A DNA stretch of 42,060 nucleotides from a virus: IMG/VR virus record IMGVR_UViG_3300009537_000052. The stretch is one strand, 5' to 3'. This document shows, piece after piece, positions 7,031 to 16,120 of the stretch (position 1 is the stretch's first letter; the number at the start of each line of letters is the position of its first letter). The notes beneath the pieces are model-generated. The model saw only the letters and a program-made list of their open reading frames with translations. It had not been told where the DNA came from and did not search any database. The position numbers were made by a program, and so were the translations under genes.

Positions 7031-8050
7031 CTACACGTCGTCGAGCGAGTTGAGCGCGAGGTACGCGATCCGGACTCGGAATGAGCCCACGGTCAGCGCG
7101 GTGTCGCCGGCGGCGCCGGCGCCTGTGCAGGCGTTCACCTGTAGGTCGACGGCACCGCTCGTCACCGCCCAGTCCGGCAGGTAGTCGATCTTGGCGTTGG
7201 CAGTCAGGGCCCCGACGGTCGGGGAGTAGAGGTCTGGATCACCCGCTGTGCCCAGGCACACGTTGGTAGTCGTCCCCCCTCCGGTCAGCGCGGCATCGAC
7301 GTTCCCCTGCACCGACAGGACAACGGCATCGGCCGGGATGTCCTCGGTCAGGTCGTTGTTGATGGCCCCGCTCGCCACGACCTCGTCGATCACCCTGAGC
7401 TCGAGCCCTTCTGTCGCTGTCGCGCCCCAGCGCAAGGCCACCGCGGCGGCCGCGGCGCCAGCGGTATACGTCTGGGCGCCGGCGACGCTCTGGGCCCCGA
7501 GCCCCATCATGAACTCGGCGCTCGCGCCGGCGTCTGGGATGGTGTAGGTGCGGGCGCCGGCCTGGCTGGCGTTGGTGACCGTGGTGGTCGTGTCGCCAGC
7601 CGAGTCCCCGGCCAAGAACGATAGCTTTCCCTTCGCCGCAGTCGTCGGGAAGATGTCCACGCTGCCGGCGGTGCCGCTGATGCCCGCGTCGAAGTTGACG
7701 CCGTCGAGATTACGCAGGTCGCCCAAGTCCTTGTTGGCGTCGCACACCAGGGCTTTGCTCGCCGTCACCGTGCCGGCCGTGACGCCGTTCAGCACGGCCA
7801 GCTCGCCGGCGGAGAGCCCGCCGCCGGCGAAGGCGTTGATCTCGGCCGCGGTCGACGTCACCGCGGTGCCCCCGACCTTCCACGTGCCGTCGATGTTCAG
7901 CACACCACCGGAGGCGACCGTCAACTGGTCGCCGGAGTCGTGCAGGTAGACCTTCGTCGTCGGGTCCGAGTAGAGCGCCCCGGCGACGAGCAAGAGCGCG
8001 GCCACCGTCGCGGGCAGGATCCATCGTGCTTTGCGGTTGGACATCGTCAT
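7031..8050 (-). CDS. Capsid-module structural-like protein with an N-terminal hydrophobic anchor (339 aa)
   Basis: MTMSNRKARWILPATVAALLLVAGALY is followed by Thr/Ala/Gly-rich beta-like sequence: TSTAAEINAFAGGGLSAGELAVLNGVTAGTVTASKALVCDANKDLG. Confidence 0.65.
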   Translation of the reverse strand: MTMSNRKARWILPATVAALLLVAGALYSDPTTKVYLHDSGDQLTVASGGVLNIDGTWKVGGTAVTSTAAEINAFAGGGLSAGELAVLNGVTAGTVTASKALVCDANKDLGDLRNLDGVNFDAGISGTAGSVDIFPTTAAKGKLSFLAGDSAGDTTTTVTNASQAGARTYTIPDAGASAEFMMGLGAQSVAGAQTYTAGAAAAAVALRWGATATEGLELRVIDEVVASGAINNDLTEDIPADAVVLSVQGNVDAALTGGGTTTNVCLGTAGDPDLYSPTVGALTANAKIDYLPDWAVTSGAVDLQVNACTGAGAAGDTALTVGSFRVRIAYLALNSLDDV

Positions 8051-8092
8051 CCTCCGGGAGTTGGTCGGGGCGAGCTCGCTGACGAGCTGCGC

Positions 8093-8551
8093 CTACGCCG
8101 TCCCCTCGGCCGGCGACACGAGGACCTCGGTGCCCGAGACGGTCGTCGCGTCCTGCGTGACCGGCAAGGTCCGCGCCCCGTACTGGTGCGCGACGATCCC
8201 GTCGACGGCGCTGTCCTGCGTCGCGCGCAGCACGAGGCACTTGAGGTAGCGCTTCGTGGGCCTCACCACCTCCACGATGGTGATCTTGTTGTCGTCGTCG
8301 TCGGCGACGGTTTGCCCCGAGCCCTCGAGGTCGTCGTAGTCGTCCGCGACGCCATCGTCGTTGCTCTGCTGCACCTTGACCGACTGGGCACCGCCGGCCG
8401 TGATGGCGCCCCAGAGGATCTCGAACGCGCAGGTCTCGAAGCCCAGCATGTCGATGCCCGCCGAGGGCGTGATGGTCGTCTGCCCGGCGGCCACGGCGTT
8501 GCTGTGGCGCGTGGTCTTGGCCGCCTTGGCCAGGCTGAAGAGGCTGCTCAT
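8093..8551 (-). CDS. Capsid-module protein (152 aa), possible decoration or accessory protein
   Basis: It lies directly downstream of the major capsid gene, contains an acidic patch (DDGVADDYDDLEGSGQTVADDDDNK) and has a good SD (GAAGGAGA). Confidence 0.65.
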   Translation of the reverse strand: MSSLFSLAKAAKTTRHSNAVAAGQTTITPSAGIDMLGFETCAFEILWGAITAGGAQSVKVQQSNDDGVADDYDDLEGSGQTVADDDDNKITIVEVVRPTKRYLKCLVLRATQDSAVDGIVAHQYGARTLPVTQDATTVSGTEVLVSPAEGTA

Positions 8552-8597
8552 CGGTGATGTCTCCTTCTCGTCGTCGTAGCTCTGGGGCTTCCCCGGA

Positions 8598-9914
8598 TCA
8601 GCCGAGCTTCACGCGGGCGAAGCACTCCTCGAGGACGGGCATGCCGTCGAGCTTCATCCGCGCCAGGAACGCGATTTGGTTGCTGCGCGCCAGCAGCTCG
8701 TCGAGCCGCTGGATGTCGATGTCGAGCCCGCGCGCGATCCAGTAGTACTGCCAGGCGCCGAGCAGAGCGACGTACTGCCCCGTGGTGAAGGTGCCCGGAG
8801 CGAACTCCGAGATGTACACCGGGAACCCCATCACGCGGTCGAGCTCGCCGACCTTCAGCGACTCGACGAAGAGCGGCCGACCGATCCCGTCGGACAGCCC
8901 GTAGACCTGCTTGTGGAACGTCCGGCTGCCCACCCAGCGCAGCTGCGGCCAGTACTTCGCCTTGATCGCATACTTCGCCTCGCGCAGCCCCTTCACGGTC
9001 ACGGCGTCGGCCTCGTTGCCGGTCGCGACGTCGCGAGCCGTGGAGATCCCCTCGGCGCTGGCCGTGAACACGCCGAGCGGCTGCTCGACGCCGGACCCGG
9101 TCAGGATGGCGTTCTCGAACAGCTCGGCGCCATCGCGCGCGATCTCGGCCCTGACGATCTGCTCGGGGCCCATGATCGAGGAGCGCATGAGGTCGCGAGA
9201 AACGTCGATCTCGCCCGACGCGTGGTGGGGGAACAGGACGCGCTTCCCGAACTTCAGGCTCGTGTCCTTCGTCGGCGTGGCGATCTCGGCGCCCCACGTC
9301 CAGGTCGAGGCCTTCGAGGTCCGCTTGACGGCGCCCAGGCTCTTCGACTGCCGCACCGTGTAGTTGCGCGCCCAGGTCGACAGGAAGGTCTCGTCGTCGA
9401 GCTCCTTCAGCAGCTCCATCACAAACTGCTCCGGCGGCACGAGGTAGCCCGCCTGCTCGTCGACGTCGGTCTGCAGGTCGCGCTGCTCGTGCCCCTGGAG
9501 GTACTCGTGAGCGCGGATCTGGATCACCATCGCCGTGGTGGAATTCGGCGCCTGCAGAAACTCGTCGAAGAGATTCCGGTACTCCGGAGTGTCGCGCGGC
9601 CCACGCCCTGCGGTCCGCATCTCGCGCGCAGCGTCCTCCGCGTGCTCCGGCTCGATCTCGTTCGGGTCCGGCGCGCCAGCGGAGCGGCCGGCTGGCTTCT
9701 CGAGGTCCTCGGTCAGCCCGTCGAGCTTCTCCATGCGCTCGATCTGCTGGCGGAGCTCTTCCGCCTTGTCGTACATGCGGTCGAAGGACTGCCCCTCTTC
9801 GGCGCTGAGGGCACGGCTCTCCTCGGCCGCCTTGTCGTGCAAGGCGCGCATGTCCTCGCCCAGCTTCTTCCGCTGGCGACGGAGCTCGATGATGTCGGTC
9901 GTCTTGTAGGGCAC
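8598..9914 (-). CDS. HK97-family major capsid protein with an N-terminal coiled-coil delta/scaffold domain (438 aa)
   Basis: The N-terminus is coiled-coil (ELRRQRKKLGEDMRALHDKAAEE...). The body has HK97-like blocks: QAGYLVPPEQFVMELLKEL, LFENAILTGSG, GFPVYISEF. It lies downstream of the protease. Confidence 0.93.
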   Translation of the reverse strand: MPYKTTDIIELRRQRKKLGEDMRALHDKAAEESRALSAEEGQSFDRMYDKAEELRQQIERMEKLDGLTEDLEKPAGRSAGAPDPNEIEPEHAEDAAREMRTAGRGPRDTPEYRNLFDEFLQAPNSTTAMVIQIRAHEYLQGHEQRDLQTDVDEQAGYLVPPEQFVMELLKELDDETFLSTWARNYTVRQSKSLGAVKRTSKASTWTWGAEIATPTKDTSLKFGKRVLFPHHASGEIDVSRDLMRSSIMGPEQIVRAEIARDGAELFENAILTGSGVEQPLGVFTASAEGISTARDVATGNEADAVTVKGLREAKYAIKAKYWPQLRWVGSRTFHKQVYGLSDGIGRPLFVESLKVGELDRVMGFPVYISEFAPGTFTTGQYVALLGAWQYYWIARGLDIDIQRLDELLARSNQIAFLARMKLDGMPVLEECFARVKLG

Positions 9915-9946
9915 TCTCAGTCCTCCCTCTGGGTCGGACTGAGAGT
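9913..9946 (-). promoter_or_regulatory. Perfect 11-bp stem / 12-nt loop hairpin covering the SD and GTG start of the capsid gene
   Basis: The mRNA reads ACUCUCAGUCC-GACCCAGAGGGA-GGACUGAGAGU. The last GU of the 3' arm are the first two bases of the GTG at 9914. The SD GGGAGGA spans the loop-stem boundary. Confidence 0.6.
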
Positions 9947-9960
9947 CGGGGGCGCAGTGC

Positions 9961-9997
9961 CACCGGCCGCCGACCCTGGTGTCGGCGCGTGCCGGTG
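9961..9997 (-). promoter_or_regulatory. GC-rich 14-bp interrupted hairpin in the 227-nt protease-capsid spacer
   Basis: caccggc/gccggtg and cgccgac/gtcggcg are nested, with a 6-nt loop and a 3-nt bulge. No U tract follows. Confidence 0.5.
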
Positions 9998-10141
9998 AGC
10001 TGCCCTCTCGCGGGCGGTGGGCTCGGCGACGCTGGGGTCAGCACTCCGCCAGCTCCGCGCTGGCTCGGTGCCTCACCCGCCCTTCGAGGTTGTCAATCGC
10101 GGGCTCCGGCTCCCGCGCGTCCGAGATCAGGATACCGCTGG

Positions 10142-10777
10142 TCAGAGCCCGGCGGACACCAGGCGCACCACCCTCTCGCGGGCCAAGGCGGCATCCTGCG
10201 CGGGCTCTGCATGCGCGAGGGCGTAGGACTTGCAGGCCTCTTCGATGCTCCTGGCGGTGACGACAGAATCATGGTACGCGGGCCGCACAACGGGTCCTAC
10301 GTCGAAAAGCTGCGCTACCTTCTTCACGGTGCGGACGACCTTCTCGTCGTCCTCGTCCCACTCGTCTCCACCCTGCGCAACGACGAAAGCGAACGAGCTC
10401 CCGCGCAGGTCCTGGCGGCGCGCGAGGGCGAGTGCCTCGCGCCCCTCCTCGGTGTCTGGCGGGTCGATCTCGTAGTCGAGCCCCGCCTCTGACTCCCACA
10501 CCCTGAGGGTGCCGCTGCTCGTCCGCCCGAGCAGCCTGCCGGAGTCGTGGTCGCGGAGCGCGAGGACGTCGAGGTCCTCGCGAGACAGCGCGTAGGCCAG
10601 CGCTCCCCTTTCGAAGCGCTCCACGACCGGCTTGCCACTGCGATCGTGCCAGAGCGGGACCGAGAGACGCCCCCAGGCCACCGCGCGGCCTTGGAGCCGA
10701 GGCCGGCCCCGGCCCCCATCTCTTTCCGGCGCCCTGACCTCGACCTGGTGTGGATGGAAACGGAGCTCTATCGACAT
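10142..10777 (-). CDS. HK97-family prohead maturation protease (211 aa)
   Basis: The ATG at 10777 has GGGAGG 6 nt upstream. Family-like blocks: AVAWGRLSVPLW, LALRDHDSGRLLGRT, LDYEIDPPDTEEGREAL, LRGSSFAFVV. Confidence 0.88.
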   Translation of the reverse strand: MSIELRFHPHQVEVRAPERDGGRGRPRLQGRAVAWGRLSVPLWHDRSGKPVVERFERGALAYALSREDLDVLALRDHDSGRLLGRTSSGTLRVWESEAGLDYEIDPPDTEEGREALALARRQDLRGSSFAFVVAQGGDEWDEDDEKVVRTVKKVAQLFDVGPVVRPAYHDSVVTARSIEEACKSYALAHAEPAQDAALARERVVRLVSAGL

Positions 10778-10788
10778 CGGGTACCTCC

Positions 10789-12855
10789 CTACTCCGCCGC
10801 GACGGTGCAGTCGCACCCCTCATGCGCCGGCGGCCCATCGATGATGCGCTTCACGACGAGCGGCTCCTGGTCCTCTCCGCCCTCGACACGATCGCCCGGC
10901 CGGAGGAAGGCGCCGGTGATCTCGACCACCGCGCCGTCGAGCTTCGCGCACAGCGGGCAGGCGCCACGGGCGACCCACCGCTTGCGCGAGTAGCCCAGCG
11001 CCTGCAGAGCCGTGATCGAGGCGGCCGACTCCGCGGCCACGCGCTGCCACGCGGCCTCGCGGCGCGGCGCGCTCTCCGCCCACTGCTCGAGCAGCCCGTC
11101 GATCGAATCGACGCCCGAGTCGCGCAGCCGGGCCGCGACAATGCCGGCGTGGCGGCCGGCGTAGGCGCTCGCGTAGCGGCTCGCGTACTGCTGGCGCGCC
11201 ACAGCGAGCTCCTCGGCGACGTCGGCGAGCTCGGCGCCAACCTCCGACGCCGCCTCGCCGGCAACAGCCCGCATGTACGCATCCAGCGGTGCGAGCCACA
11301 CCGTGCCCACGAACGGCAGCAGCTGCTCGGCGTAGAAGGCTCGCAGCCACTCGCCGAGCTCGCCCGCGTCGACGCCTTGCCCGAGGCGCTCTCGAATGCG
11401 CGCCACCTCGCGCCCCACGACTCGCGCACCGGCGTCGGCGAGCAGCCCGACGTGGGCATCACGTAGCCGCATGCGGCCGCGGTAGGAGCGCGCCTCGACG
11501 GAGCGCCCCGGGATGATGATGGCCCGAGCACCGTTGCCATTGGCGTTCCCGGAGCCCGAAACCAGCGACCCGGCGGCGATCGAGCTGATGGGAGCCCGGT
11601 AGGTGTCTCCCCCCTCGGCCGCGGGGATCGGCGGGAGGTTCTCGATCGCGGCGATGCCGTTCGGGGTGATCACGCCGAGCTCGAGAAGGGCGCGGTAGAA
11701 GGCCGCCCGCTGCTCCGCACTCCCCGCCATGAAGCCGTTCGTCTCGTACTCCGCGAAGTAACGGTCGTCGCCGAGGAGCAGCTTTCTCCGGATCTCCTGC
11801 TTGTCCGCCACCAGGTGGTGCAGCAGTGTCCTCCGGACCAGGTTGGTCCACTCCGTCTCCGAGTTGGTGTAGGTCAGACTGCCACCGCCGGGCGTGTTGC
11901 CGGCGAGCCAGTGGGGGGAGATGTTGAAGATCTGCGCCACGTCCATGGTCGAGAGCTGCCGCATCTCGACGAGCTTCATCAGCCCGGCATCCACCGTGAT
12001 TGGCTTGAACGTGGCCCCTTCCTGCAGGATCGTGAGCCGGCCACGGCGTTTCACGCCGCCGTGCGCCGCCTCGAACGCGGTGATCAGCTTGCGCTCCCCA
12101 GCCGGGCTTAGGGGAGGAGCCTCGGGCGGTCGCTCGAGGACGCCGCCTGGGGTCGCGTCGTTTCCAATCACAGCCGCGGTCGCCGTCTGGAGTGCTAGCC
12201 CGGTCCCGATCGTCTCGAGGGCGGCGCGGATTCGCGAGTAGCCGGCGACACCGCGGATGGAGATGTCTGGCACGTGAAACATCCGCTGCGGCTCGAGCTG
12301 AGGTGGCACAGCAGACCCGTCGTGCACCTCGTAGATGAGCACGCCGCCGGAGCGGCGATCCTCCGGCGTGGCCATCACGGCCTGCAGCGTGACCCCGCCC
12401 CCGGGCCGCTTGTAGACGCGGCGCACGGTCACGCGGTCTGACGGCAGGTGCCACAAGCGGAGTGGGTCGCCCCCTTGCGTGAACTCGATCTCGGCGAAAC
12501 GGTTCCCCCAGAGGAGCTTGTTGACCATCTGCGAGATGCAGAAGGTCACCCAGGTCGACTCCGGGTTGGGCTCGTCGTGCAGCGTCGTGTAGAGGCGGTG
12601 CTCAAGGGCCCGCTCGCGGCCCGATCCCACTCGGCGGTACAAGATGAGCGGGAGGACCGCGATCGAGCAGGCAATCACCTGCACCGCGGCGCTGACGGCG
12701 CTGTGACCCAGGCTCGAGAGCTCCGTAACGTCGACGCCGGTGGCGCTCTCCTGCCCGGCCCACGACCAGACGCCGCTCTCTGAGACGTGGTGCCCGGGCT
12801 CCTGCCAACCGCGTTGCTCCGCGGCGGGGGCGATGAGCCCGCCGAACAGGCTCAC
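10789..12855 (-). CDS. Portal protein fused to a C-terminal MuF / SPP1 gp7-like head morphogenesis domain (688 aa)
   Basis: The GTG at 12855 overlaps the upstream stop (GTGA). Portal-like N-terminus: GHSAVSAAVQVIACSIAVLPLILYRR. The C-terminus carries ACPLCAKLDG...GPPAHEGCDCTV, typical of MuF/gp7. Confidence 0.88.
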   Translation of the reverse strand: MSLFGGLIAPAAEQRGWQEPGHHVSESGVWSWAGQESATGVDVTELSSLGHSAVSAAVQVIACSIAVLPLILYRRVGSGRERALEHRLYTTLHDEPNPESTWVTFCISQMVNKLLWGNRFAEIEFTQGGDPLRLWHLPSDRVTVRRVYKRPGGGVTLQAVMATPEDRRSGGVLIYEVHDGSAVPPQLEPQRMFHVPDISIRGVAGYSRIRAALETIGTGLALQTATAAVIGNDATPGGVLERPPEAPPLSPAGERKLITAFEAAHGGVKRRGRLTILQEGATFKPITVDAGLMKLVEMRQLSTMDVAQIFNISPHWLAGNTPGGGSLTYTNSETEWTNLVRRTLLHHLVADKQEIRRKLLLGDDRYFAEYETNGFMAGSAEQRAAFYRALLELGVITPNGIAAIENLPPIPAAEGGDTYRAPISSIAAGSLVSGSGNANGNGARAIIIPGRSVEARSYRGRMRLRDAHVGLLADAGARVVGREVARIRERLGQGVDAGELGEWLRAFYAEQLLPFVGTVWLAPLDAYMRAVAGEAASEVGAELADVAEELAVARQQYASRYASAYAGRHAGIVAARLRDSGVDSIDGLLEQWAESAPRREAAWQRVAAESAASITALQALGYSRKRWVARGACPLCAKLDGAVVEITGAFLRPGDRVEGGEDQEPLVVKRIIDGPPAHEGCDCTVAAE

Positions 12856-13064
12856 TTGCCTGGGCTCCTCGGTCGGCGCGGGCTCCCAGGGTCGAGTGTG
12901 GCGTCGAGGATCAGTAGCACTCCGATCACCGTCATTCCCCAGGCGAGCCCAAGGGTCGCCGACAGGCCCCAGCCGATCGCCGCGAGCCCGGCGAGGGCCT
13001 CGAGCGAGCGGTGGCGGGCGTGAAGGCCGCCCAGAAAGGCCCTGAGCCGCTTCACTCCTGCCAT
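12852..13064 (-). CDS. Small hydrophobic protein (70 aa) between terminase and portal
   Basis: LAGLAAIGWGLSATLGLAWGMTVIGVLLIL suggests two TM segments. Its start overlaps the TerL end by 13 nt. Confidence 0.4.
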   Translation of the reverse strand: MAGVKRLRAFLGGLHARHRSLEALAGLAAIGWGLSATLGLAWGMTVIGVLLILDATLDPGSPRRPRSPGK

Positions 13065-14827
13065 TCCTCGCTATCGTACACCGATCGGCGGCCCGATGGA
13101 GCCGTGGCTCCACCATCCCGGGACCAGTCCGCGTCGTCGTACTCGTAGACCGACCGGCGTTGGTCACCTGGCCAGCAGCGCAACCCCATGATGATCGCCA
13201 CGATACCGTCGATCTTGTTCTCGTCGCGCTGCTTCCGCGGGTACACGTTGTCCTTCGCGTCCAGGTGGGCGACCACGTTACTCGCCATCCAAGTCAGTAC
13301 CGGGTCGCCGTCGTGGTGGAACCTCCCCTCCTTCACGAGCTGCAGGAGGAGCTTCATCGGCTCGGAGAAGTTGAGGACCGTCGGGCGTACCTCCACCACC
13401 TCGAAGCCGTCGTCGGCGAGCTCGACGGCGAGCTTCGATGCGTCGTGGGGGTCGTAGCCGACGCGGCACACGTCGAATCGCGAGGGCAGCCCGCAAACGT
13501 GCTCCTGGATCGCCCGCTGGTCCGTCATCGACCCGGGCGTCACCACAACGCGCCCCTGGCGCGCCCAGGCGCGGAAGTGGGCGTGGCGATCCTGCTCGAC
13601 CGCCTCCTGGGGCAGGTACCAGCGGCCGAAGGCGTACCAGTGCTCGACCGCCTGCTCGTCGCGGCGGAAGAGCTGCACCTCGGCCGCGATGTCTTGCCGG
13701 TTCGCGATGTCGAGCGTAACGACGCAGGACTCGCCCTCAAACTCCGCGAGCGTCAGCGCCTCGTCGCCACAGCGGCGCCATGCCGACATATCCATCCATG
13801 GCGAGTACGAGGAGACCCAGACGTCCAGGCGCTTCGTCAAAAACGTCGCCTGTGACGCCGGCGACTGGCGGGCCTTCACCGCCTGTCGCTCGAGATCGTC
13901 CTCGAAGACGCTCACGCCCAGGTTCGGGTTAGCCTTCTGCCACGTCGCCGGCGAGCTCCACTCGTCTCCGTCGTCGGTCCCGTAGATGACCCCAAAGAAT
14001 CGCTCGTCGGTGAACTCGCCCCCGAGCACCTTCTCGATGTAGTTGTGCTGCTCGTAGCACACGCCGGCGAAGTCGATGCCGGCGGTGGTGATCATCCAGA
14101 TGAGCGGCTGCTCCCGGGAGCCCGTCGCCGTGTCGAGGACGTCGACGACGTCACGGGTGCGGTGCGCGTGCACCTCGTCGACGAGGGCCATGTGGACGTT
14201 GAGGCCGTCGAGGGTGTGCGCATCGGATGACAGCGCCTGGAAGCTCGACCCTGTCGCCTCGATCGCGATCGAGTGGGCGAGCGCCAGGGCACCCGCCGCC
14301 GACCGAAACCCCGGAGAGAGCTGGACCATGCGCTTCGCCATCTTCCACGAAATCGCCGCCTGGTCCCTCGTCGTCGCCGCCGAATAACACTCGGCCCCCT
14401 CCTCGCCGTCGAATGCAAGGCAGTAGAGGGCGACGGCGGCCGACAACGTGCTCTTGCTGTTCTTGCGGGGCACTTCGATGTACACGGTCCGGAAGCGCCG
14501 CAGGCCGGCGTCGTCCACCCAACCAAAGACGGTCGTCAGAATGAAGCACTGCCACGGCTCGAGGACGATCGTCTGGCGATCGCGCGCCCACTTCCCCTTC
14601 ACGTGCGGGAGAAGCTCGACCGTGAAGCACACCCGCTCGGCTCTCTCCGGATCGAAGGAGTACCGCCAGTCCGGCCCCCGGGGGCGCGCCAGGTCGTCGA
14701 GCTGGCGCTGGCAGGCGAGGCGAACCCACCTGCACGCCGGGGTCGCGCCGGCGACGACGTCGCGGGCGTAGGCAATCGCCTTCTCGACGTGGGGGGCGCT
14801 CAGACCTTCCGCAGCAGCTGGTCCCAC
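13052..14827 (-). CDS. terL: Terminase large subunit
   Basis: Walker A-like VPRKNSKSTLSAAVALY, then an acidic block ALVDEVHAH and a C-terminal nuclease-like region. 591 aa, downstream of TerS. Confidence 0.94.
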   Translation of the reverse strand: MGPAAAEGLSAPHVEKAIAYARDVVAGATPACRWVRLACQRQLDDLARPRGPDWRYSFDPERAERVCFTVELLPHVKGKWARDRQTIVLEPWQCFILTTVFGWVDDAGLRRFRTVYIEVPRKNSKSTLSAAVALYCLAFDGEEGAECYSAATTRDQAAISWKMAKRMVQLSPGFRSAAGALALAHSIAIEATGSSFQALSSDAHTLDGLNVHMALVDEVHAHRTRDVVDVLDTATGSREQPLIWMITTAGIDFAGVCYEQHNYIEKVLGGEFTDERFFGVIYGTDDGDEWSSPATWQKANPNLGVSVFEDDLERQAVKARQSPASQATFLTKRLDVWVSSYSPWMDMSAWRRCGDEALTLAEFEGESCVVTLDIANRQDIAAEVQLFRRDEQAVEHWYAFGRWYLPQEAVEQDRHAHFRAWARQGRVVVTPGSMTDQRAIQEHVCGLPSRFDVCRVGYDPHDASKLAVELADDGFEVVEVRPTVLNFSEPMKLLLQLVKEGRFHHDGDPVLTWMASNVVAHLDAKDNVYPRKQRDENKIDGIVAIIMGLRCWPGDQRRSVYEYDDADWSRDGGATAPSGRRSVYDSEEWQE

Positions 14828-15264
14828 CCCGTCCCCTCATGCTGCTGTTTCGCCACCTTCACCTTGCCTCTCGCCGCGGGCGTCAGCCCCACCTCGGTGA
14901 GCAGCTGGCGGGCATCCCGCATGGCTGCGTCACGCGCTGCCACCGCTGGGTGCACCTTCTTCAGGCCGGTGCGCGTCTCGTAGAACCGCCCCTCCTCAGC
15001 GAGCAGCTCCTCGAGCTCCTCCCACTCGGCCAGGCGCGATGCGAGAAGGGCGTAGATCCGGCGGTGATCCGGCGTGAGGTAGCCGAGAGCCTCCGTGGCC
15101 CTGATCAGCTCGCGGAAGATCCGGCGGGCACGCTTCGACAGGGCCCCGACGACAGGCGGGCGTCCCGTGCGGAGCTTCGGCTGGTCGGGGTTGAGGCGCC
15201 TCTTCTCCGCGGTGCCCCGCAACACCTTGAGCTCGTCCGGGATGCGGCGACGACCAGCGCTCAC
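14800..15264 (-). CDS. terS: Terminase small subunit, P27 family (154 aa)
   Basis: The GTG at 15264 overlaps the upstream stop (GTGA). The N-terminus (RRRIPDELKVLRGTAEKRRLNPDQP) and C-terminus (GLTPAARGKVKV) match the P27-type pattern. Confidence 0.85.
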   Translation of the reverse strand: MSAGRRRIPDELKVLRGTAEKRRLNPDQPKLRTGRPPVVGALSKRARRIFRELIRATEALGYLTPDHRRIYALLASRLAEWEELEELLAEEGRFYETRTGLKKVHPAVAARDAAMRDARQLLTEVGLTPAARGKVKVAKQQHEGTGWDQLLRKV

Positions 15265-16088
15265 GGGTTCACTAGCAAGTCGATGAACCACAGCGCGTCG
15301 ACCTTTCGGAGGTGGCGCGCGACCTGGTGCGGGTGCGTGGCGCAGAAGCGTCGGATCGCGCTGCGCTTGATCACGTACGGGTCGCCGCCCTGGGTGGCCG
15401 TCCGCTCCGTCTGCCTTCGCCGATGAGCCAGTAGGCCGAGATGGATCCAGCGCGTGATTACCTTCGTGTCGACGCCGAGCAGCCCCGCGACCTGGGCCGC
15501 GGACAGGTTGTCGTCGCGGTCGCGCATCCCGAGGCGCAGCCGCTTGCGGCGCATGTTGATCGCCGACGGACTACGCCTCACGCCGGACACCTTCAACACG
15601 GCGCGCTGGACCGCCTCGACCGACATCCCTGCCAGGCGCTCGAGCACCTGGTCCTCCTCGGAGGTCCACTCCGGCTGCCGAAAGCGCGGGACGACCAGCC
15701 CGAGCTTTAGCGCCCGCTTCTTCACCCACCACGCCGGCCGCCCCAGCTCCGCCGCCAGCTCGCGCACCTTCCTCGCGCCAGGATTCTCGTAGCACTGGCG
15801 AATCGCCGCATCGATCGACGGGGAGCTCGCCCAGACCCGCGGGCGCCCACCGCGGCGCCCCGTCGAGTCCGGCGCGGCCTGCACGCCGCGCTTCGCGGCC
15901 TGGCAGTAGATCGCCGCGGCCGAGCGTCGCGGCAGGCGGGCGAGGCACCCGTCGAGCCCCTCGGTCGGGTAGTACTCGCGGAGGATGGCGAGCTCCGCCG
16001 AGCTCCATCTCCGGTGCGGCAGCCCCTCCCGGGCCGGGTCGGGGAGCAGCGATCGGGGCGACCGGGCCCCTGGGCTTCGGTCAGGCAT
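15261..16088 (-). CDS. DNA-binding protein with Myb/SANT-like repeats and a C-terminal MerR/excisionase-type HTH (275 aa)
   Basis: RWSSAELAILREYYP and PEWTSEEDQVLERL are W-x2-E-E/D-type repeats. LSAAQVAGLLGVDTKVITRWIHLGLL is an HTH. The gene lies directly upstream of terS. Confidence 0.65.
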   Translation of the reverse strand: MPDRSPGARSPRSLLPDPAREGLPHRRWSSAELAILREYYPTEGLDGCLARLPRRSAAAIYCQAAKRGVQAAPDSTGRRGGRPRVWASSPSIDAAIRQCYENPGARKVRELAAELGRPAWWVKKRALKLGLVVPRFRQPEWTSEEDQVLERLAGMSVEAVQRAVLKVSGVRRSPSAINMRRKRLRLGMRDRDDNLSAAQVAGLLGVDTKVITRWIHLGLLAHRRRQTERTATQGGDPYVIKRSAIRRFCATHPHQVARHLRKVDALWFIDLLVNP

Positions 16089-16120
16089 TTTGCCCGCGCG
16101 TGAATTCGACTGCCCAGGCG

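Noticed and set aside
8548-10044. 498-aa minus-strand ORF overlapping the capsid gene in another frame
   Set aside because: It is extremely Arg/Gly/Pro-rich and has no motifs. The 8598..9914 frame gives a clear HK97-type capsid protein.
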